Position numbers and translations under genes: made by a program. Below, one piece after another: positions 56,474 to 64,000 of a stretch of DNA of 64,000 bases (positions are counted from its first letter, which is position 1; the number at the start of each line of letters is the position of its first letter). The notes below the pieces were generated by a model. The model did not search any database. It had not been told where the DNA came from and saw only the letters and a program-made list of their open reading frames with translations. Location of the stretch: NCBI GenBank assembly GCA_964016885.1, contig OZ024741.1, positions 325,438,001 through 325,502,000 of the forward strand, read 5' to 3'. This DNA is from Eledone cirrhosa. Its lineage: Eukaryota.

Positions 56474-56480
<7 letters not shown>

Positions 56481-56761
56481 TAACAGATTAAAGTTTAAGC
56501 AAAGAATCGCTGCTTAGGGAACGTTTCCACGAACCAAAGTATCGTCTTCCTGTCTTCCTCCGGTTGCAAATATTCACTTCTGCGTTCACAGATTGACTTT
56601 GTTAGTTTCAGAAGATCCCGTTAAGGGTGAAAGCAGCGATTCTTTGCTTAAACTTTAATCTCTTATTTTAATAAATATTTGCTCTACGGTTCTTATATAT
56701 TTGATGTATATTTATCCTTATCGAGCCGTCTTTGGATTTTAGTCTTCAAATTTATTATTAT

Positions 56762-56765
<4 letters not shown>
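56474..56765 (+). mobile_element. Fold-back PLE terminal remnant (family E, second copy)
   Basis: Arms 56474-56515 / 56631-56673, plus a tail matching 25555-25640. Confidence 0.8.
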
Positions 56766-56849
<84 letters not shown>

Positions 56850-57183
56850 GTGTGTGTGTGTGTATATGTATGAATATACACACTCATATATATGTATATA
56901 TATATACATATAAGTATATATATGCATATATATGTGTATGCGTGTGTATGTGCGCATGTGTTTGTGTGTGTGTCCATGATTACGTCTGTGTCTGTTTATG
57001 TCTCATGACTTAGTATTTCGACAAAACGTGATCGATGAAACAATTATTATATGTGGAAAAATTAGCACTAGAGTCGCTATGATCGACTAAATCAAGGTTA
57101 GATTTACTGTTTCTAGTAATTGATGGAAACAGAAATGGACTGGATCTTAAACCCGGCGCGGATATTCGGGTGATATTGAATAA

Positions 57184-57884
57184 CTGACTACTGAGGGCCA
57201 GAGGTGTGTTTTTACTGCTCAGCTAAAGTGACACTGACTAACAAACTGCTGACTACCGAGGGCCAGAGGTGTGTTTTTACTGCTCAGCTAAGGTGACACT
57301 GACTAATAGACTGCTGACTACCGAGGACCGGAAGTGTGTTTTCACTGCTCAGCTAAAGTGACACTGACTAATAGACTGCTGACTACCGAGGACCGGAAGT
57401 GTGTTTTTACTGCTCAGCTAAGGTGACACTGACTAACAGACTGCTGACTACCGAGGACCGGAAGTGTGTTTTCACTGCTCAGCTAAAGTGACACTGACTA
57501 ACAGACTGCTGACTACCGAGGACCGGAAGTGTGTTTTCACTGCTCAGCTAAAGTGACACTGACTAATAGACTGCTGACTACCGAGGACCGGAAGTGTGTT
57601 GTTACTGCTCAGCTAAAGTGACACTGACTAATAGACTGCTGACTACCGAGGACCGGAAGTGTGTTTTCACTGCTCAGCTAAAGTGACACTGACTAACAGA
57701 CTGCTGACTACCGAGGACCGGAAGTGTGTTTTTACTGCTCTGCTAAAGTGACACTGACTAATAGACTGCTGACTACCGAGGACCGGAAGTGTGTTGTTAC
57801 TGCTCAGCTAAAGTGACACTGACTAATAGACTGCCGCGGGCCTGAGGTATCTTATCACTGTTCAGCGAAGGTAGCACTGACTAA
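57184..57884. repeat. 65-bp minisatellite, 10 full units plus one degenerate unit
   Basis: Unit ctgactaccgaggaccggaagtgtgttttcactgctcagctaaagtgacactgactaatagactg; starts at 57184, 57249 ... 57769. Confidence 0.95.
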
Positions 57885-58237
57885 TTGCCAACAGTTACGG
57901 TACGTTCTATTTCCTTTTCAATTTTTCTTTAGCGGCTATAACGTCAGTTTGTCCTGACAAATTTTTTTTTGTTTTTGTTTTTAAAAATAGCCCAGCCACG
58001 CACTGGACATTGCCCAAATACTCACTCAATCGGCCCACCTCTTATTTAAAATTTAATTTAATATTAATTTAACATTAAGTATAGCGACTGAAATAAAAAC
58101 AAAAACAAAAAGAAATTAAAAATGATAACGGGATAATATTTACATTTTAAATTTGCATTCATAACTGGTCAGTAAAATATACTATCGTTGTTATTCATTA
58201 GTTTATAAACTGTATGTCTACCCCAAGATCAGGTCGT

Positions 58238-58423
58238 AGAAGAGAAAGCAGACCTCCTATGATGTAAGTCTATCTTGATATTACGACGCAGAAGAGAAAA
58301 CGAACCTCCTATGATGTAAGTCTATCCTAAGATCACAACATAGAAGAGAAGACAAAGTAGACCTCATATGATGTAAGTCTATCATAATATTACGATATAT
58401 AAGAGGTAGCAGACATCCTATGA
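58238..58423. repeat. Degenerate ~52-57-bp tandem repeat (3-4 units)
   Basis: agaagagaa...acctc.tatgatgtaagtctatc repeated. Confidence 0.75.
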
Positions 58424-59043
58424 TTTGAAATTCAAGATGAATGTAAATCAAGCATGCAACATAAAAACTCAAACTGCGCCAGCGAACTTTTTTTTAGCGT
58501 GAGAGAACAAAAATGGCGAGAGAATAGAGATCAAAAGAAGAATGGCTTAAAAATATTTCGTGGCACTCTGTAATAAACAAACTAAGAACTTTAATGGCTT
58601 TCTACAACAACCAAGCTGTAAGAAATGGTTTTAGAGCCTCGTTCTTATGGCTATAACGGATAACGAATTGCTTATTGGTTAAGTTGTTCGGCTCACGATC
58701 GTAATATAGCGGGTTCTATACCCAGTTGGCACTTCTTCAGCAAAACACTTGATTTTACGTTGCTCCAGTCAACTAAGTTTATATGAATACCTCAACAACC
58801 ACCATCACTACGAGCAACAGCAGCAACATTAACTGCATTACCAACAGCAGCTCGTGGTTAACCTTAAGATGAACTGGCATCCGGCCTAAGGCAGGGTGGG
58901 TTGGGTATATATTGACCGCTCAGTCGCTAAACGCCAGTGAAAGCGAGATAACAGCCGGCTTATTGAGTATTCGGGCTTGGGACAGACTTTAGCCTTATTT
59001 TAATCTGCAATTGCTATATAACATTGTAACACGAGCAAATATT

Positions 59044-59332
59044 CAACTTTGGCAACCTTTTTCGAGAAGCGGACAGCATGAGATATGGCTCATCATCAGG
59101 TAGGCCGCAAGCGCTAATTTACATTCGTGCCCACATTAAAAAAAAGGACGGTAACTCAGGTTGTTTTGCTTTGTTTCTTCAGAATTCGTACACGTTGTTT
59201 TCCTCGATCGTATAAATGATAGAAAGATAAATTACGACTGAAAAGTTGTGTAAAAAAATCAGAAATATTTCACTTAGGTGACTTAGGTGAGCCATTCAGA
59301 AAGCTTCACGGGCCGCAGGTTGCCCATGACTG
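59044..59332. mobile_element. hAT/Charlie-like MITE relic
   Basis: Termini ggcaaccttttt ... gggccgcaggttgcccatgactg. Confidence 0.45.
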
Positions 59333-59339
59333 CTATATA

Positions 59340-59620
59340 GTCTAAAGTCTGTCATGAGCCTGGAGGCTTATCAGGCCGGTGATTATTCCGGTTTTCATGC
59401 AGTTAAGTGACTAAGAGTACCAGACTCTCCCCCTCTCACGAGACTGGACTCAGCTGAAAATGAGTACCAGTTATTGTTGGTACTCATTTTCAGCTGAGTA
59501 TACTGGAGTAACATGAAAAGAAGTGCTTTGTTCAAGAACACAACACACAACCCAGTCCTTGAATAGAAACCACGCCATTATGATCGTAAGTCCAACACCG
59601 TAACCACTAGGCCACGCGTC
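59340..59620 (-). mobile_element. Family B SINE
   Basis: Minus strand gcgtggcctagtggttacggtgttggacttacgatc; similar to 690-917. Confidence 0.7.
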
Positions 59621-60100
59621 TCTTCTAAACTGGAATATTGCAAAGCGGAGTGTTTAATGCGCCATACATCTGGTGCACACGCTTTCTGAATCGTCTTAAA
59701 TTTTAACCCCGACTTAAACAAAGATCAAAACAAAATACAGCAGATTAAGAGCCGTGAGAGTTGGGACCTGTCTATTTACACACATCCTGTCAATTTACAT
59801 ACATACATGCATTCATACATACATCCATTCATACATACATAATACATACATACATATAATTCATTATACACATATATTCACACATATATACACATATAAT
59901 CGCATAAATATACACATACATATACACATATATACATATACAAACATATATACATGTACGTACATATATACATACGAATGAAATTAGATTCATACATACA
60001 TACATATATACTTGTATACTTACATACATAAATGTATATATACATCATACACACATATATGCACACATACAAATATAAACGCATAAATATACACATTCGT

Positions 60101-60143
<43 letters not shown>

Positions 60144-60293
60144 CAGTATATATATACACATACATATATATATACATATATACATATATACATACATACA
60201 TATGTAAATACATAAGTACAGACATACAGAAAGGGTGTGAAAAGGTACTTATTTAATTAGCAGGTAACCTTATAAGCAGGAATATATATGCAC

Positions 60294-60336
<43 letters not shown>

Positions 60337-60576
60337 TACAAATACATATACACTTTTACAGGCACACACACATACACACATACTCTCACATATATGCACA
60401 ATTATACTTAAACACACACACATACACATATGCTCTCACATATACAAACACCTGAAACATGCACACACAAACAACCATAGGCACATATATATATCTAACA
60501 GAGAGAGAGAGAGAGAGTGAGAGAAAGAGAAAGATATATATATATATATATATACAGAGAGAGAGAGAGAAAGAGA

Positions 60577-60615
<39 letters not shown>

Positions 60616-60629
60616 AGAGAGATAGATGG

Positions 60630-60661
<32 letters not shown>

Positions 60662-60804
60662 GGGGGGGGAGGGGGAGAGAGACAGAGAGAGAGAGAAATA
60701 GAGAGAGAGAGAAAGAGAGAGAGAGGGAGAGAGATAGATGGAGAGAGATAGATATATCTATATATATATATAGATATATATATATATAGAGAGAGAGAGC
60801 GAGC

Positions 60805-60846
<42 letters not shown>

Positions 60847-61099
60847 TTGATTTCCGAAGTGGCAAGTAATTGCTTTCTTATTCAGTTTTTGCAATATTTA
60901 TTATCTGTCCACATGTAATTGATAGAATCATTGTTGTTATATACATACATACATACAGATATACATATATACACATACTTACATACATACATACATACAT
61001 ACATACTTACAGATATACATACATACACATATATATGTATATATATATATATACATATATACATATATAATATATATATATATATATACATATATACAT

Positions 61100-61542
61100 A
61101 AAATGAGATCAATGTCCCCCACAGGTACTAAGTACCCACGGAAATATATAGGGTGTCTATAATACAGTTGTTGTTCAATGGTATTAATTTGAGATACCAG
61201 AACTATAAAATTGAGATGAGCGGAACAAGCAAAATTTAAACAATCTTTTAAAATAAATTCAAAATACAATTTAAATATTTACCTATCCATATTGCTTTTA
61301 CCGACGGTTTCGCCTCACAAAAGATTGGAAATCCAAGATCGGCTCTTCAGAAAGCCTTTTCCCTTACATAGGACATATAGTCCCATAAGAGCCGATCTTT
61401 CCATTGGATGTCCCTTGGATTTCCAATCTTTTGTGAGGCGAAACAGTCGGTAAAAGCAATATGGATAGGTAAATATTTAAATTGTACTTTGAATTTATTT
61501 TGAAAGATTGTTTAAATTTTACTTGTTCCGCTCATCTCAATT
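61100..61542 (-). mobile_element. Fold-back PLE terminal remnant in (TA)n
   Basis: Arms 61209-61337 / 61414-61542, tail 61100-61208. Confidence 0.82.
61294..61355 (-). ncRNA. Type I hammerhead ribozyme
   Basis: gcuuu-CUGAAGA-GCC...(uugga-uu-uccaa)...GGC-GAAAC-cgucg-GUA-aaagc. Confidence 0.83.
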
Positions 61543-61575
61543 ATATATATATATATATTTTTTTTTATATACATT

Positions 61576-61658
<83 letters not shown>

Positions 61659-61659
<1 letters not shown>

Positions 61660-61995
61660 AGGTGCATGGCTTAGCGGTTAGTGCATCGCGCTTACAATAG
61701 TGAGGTTTAGTTCGATTCTCAGACCGGGCTTTGCGTTGTGTTCTTGAGCAAGACACTTTATTTCACGTTACTCCAGTTCTTTCAGCTGTAGAAAAGGAGT
61801 TGTGACGTCTCTGGTGCCAAGCTATATCGGCCTTTGCTTTTCCCTTGGACAACATAGGTGGCGTGGACAGAGGAGGCGAGTATGCAAGGGTGATTGCTGG
61901 TCTTCCCCAAATAACCTTACCCGGGCTTGTGCCTTGGGGAGGAACTTTGTAGGTGCAAATCCCATGGTCATTCGTGATGGAATTGGGGTATTTAC
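61659..61995 (+). mobile_element. tRNA-derived SINE (family B-like, full length)
   Basis: A-box tggcttagcgg, B-box agttcgattc, ttgagcaagacactttatttcac; ends tttacctttac. Confidence 0.7.
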
Positions 61996-62042
61996 CTTTA
62001 CATACATATATACATACATAGATACATACATACATATATATA

Positions 62043-62620
62043 TGGTGGCTGCCAACTCGTTTTCGAGTACGGCCACTACTTTATATCCATGTAGGAGAAC
62101 CCCTTCCGATGCCCTGAACGAGTGTGACTTTTTAGTCCAGCCAGCGACTTGAGAACTTTGGTACAAACACTACACTTGTGACAATTATTGACACAGTGCT
62201 GGGCCCATGGTACCATGTGACGACAAGTGCAGAGAGATCTCCAGATATAAAGCAATGCCTGTGCTGTGAAGCTTTTATAGTGAGCAAAGGCATTGCACAA
62301 AGCCAGTCCCACTCTCTTAACCAAGATGATATTTACCAAAAAGAAGAACAAGTCAACATCACTGGATACCATCAGGGTTGCAGGTGTTATATCAGAGTTT
62401 TCTTTCTCCTAGAATTCTGCGGTGATTTTGGATGGCCATTGACTCTTAAGAGCTCCTTTGCCCTTTCACAGGTTTTGTTTTTAGTCCTGCAGGTTGTCCA
62501 AAGTCACCCTCCTCACCAAGAAACCTTGGTGGGGTTGCCAGTTTAGTCGCCAATGACCCGACCATGGGACAGGTTGTACTGGAATACATGTTACCACTAG
62601 CACCAACTGGTGACCTGACA
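62043..62620 (-). mobile_element. Family F element
   Basis: Reverse-complement match to 46646-47249 with a small internal deletion. Confidence 0.85.
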
Positions 62621-63269
62621 TACATATATATATACATACATACATAGATACATAATACATATATCATACATACATATATCGTACATACATACGTACATAC
62701 ATACACATACATATATACATACACACATACATATATACATACACATACATACACATACATACGCATACATACGCACATAAACATATATACATACATTCAT
62801 GCGTTCGTATATACCTACATCCAAATACGCATATACATACATATTTGCATACGTATATTTATCGACACATATACACATATAAATATATGCATGCTTCAAC
62901 ACATATACATACATCTATACGTACATCCATAAGTACGTACATATATGCATACACGCATACATACACATATAAATATATGCGTACAAACGTTCGTACACAT
63001 TCACATATAAACACACATACATACGTGTATATGCGTATGTATGTGTGGACCCATAACTTCTGATGGAATGGTAGGGACACCGTAGTGATATACGGCGTGT
63101 CTTGGGCTTTTAAAACCTAGCGTAGCACATCCCGCTCCAGGTTTAAATGCAGCTGATTTCTACCAGGTAAGGATAGAGAAAGACGGAGAGAGAGAGAGAA
63201 AGAGATATAGAGATAGATAGATAAATAGATAAAGAGAGATATAGAGATAGAGGGAGAGAGAGAGGAAGG

Positions 63270-63402
63270 ATCGACCCCAGTACTTGACTGGTTCTTTATT
63301 TATCAACTTCAAACGGATGAATGGCGAGATTTGAATTCAGGGAGCAAAGAGCTGGAACGAATACTGCAAAGCCTTCTGAACGAGCCTGCCGATTCATTGC
63401 CA
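63270..63402 (-). mobile_element. Family A-like SINE, diverged
   Basis: atcgaccccagtacttgactggt..tttatttatc...gatttgaattcag. Confidence 0.6.
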
Positions 63403-64000
63403 ACTCTTGTATATACATACCTACATACATATCTACACATATGCATACGTACATACATACCTTCACAGATTCATACACACAGATATACATATATGCGTAC
63501 ATATACACATTCATATATGTGTACATGCATGCACAAATACAAAGTTGGATGTATGTAGGTACAGCAATACAAACATACCTAAATATATACATTCATAAAT
63601 ACATTAAACACACATAATCTTGAAAAGCAGGAGAAACACGTATTTTATAGATCACAAAAATTATGTAAAACGTCCTTAAAGTTAAGCAGAGTGAATCTTT
63701 TACTCTACTATTTCGTCATTTGTAGATTAAAATGTACAGATATTATAACAATAAATAGTGCCTAATTTCAAAGAAAGAATGATAGACGCTCAATGATATT
63801 GTTACTGTTTAATCTCTACTTTTTTCTAACTGGGTAGACGAATGAAGAAATGCTATCCATCTATTAATTCTTAATGATTTAGCAGAAAATATCTAAAACA
63901 AATTTGTTAATTCAAATGTTTATAGTATTTTCACTAATGAACAGATTATTATGGAAATTTGCGGTAATTCCAATGCAATCCAATCCAGAGTCTTCTCAAT

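Noticed and set aside
57184-57884. CRISPR-like array
   Set aside because: Units are contiguous with no unique spacers, there are no cas genes, and the context is eukaryotic.

Overview
AT-rich, repeat-saturated animal genomic DNA. The SINE families and the very high (TA)n/(TACA)n/(CA)n density look cephalopod (Octopus-like); this is an inference. I found no recognisable host gene, and most ORF-track entries are microsatellite translations. The window holds three pieces of a Tx1/L1-like LINE (one with an open ~1020-codon ORF2; both 3'-end copies sit in (TATC)n), four GIY-YIG Penelope-like element (PLE) fragments with a CxCX5C linker, RTE and R4/Dong fragments, tRNA-derived SINEs, hAT/mariner relics and a 65-bp minisatellite. 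The main signal is a dense set of short, sequence-unrelated insertions in (TA)n with one shared architecture: a fold-back inverted repeat, a minimal type I hammerhead ribozyme (two families with a compensated U3-A8 core), often AATAAA, and a one-sided tail. In at least seven unrelated families that tail begins with the same covarying bulged hairpin, RYTC-[stem-loop]-TH-GARY, a candidate conserved cis-element for PLE retrotransposition. All structures were read by eye; no alignment, folding or database search was run.
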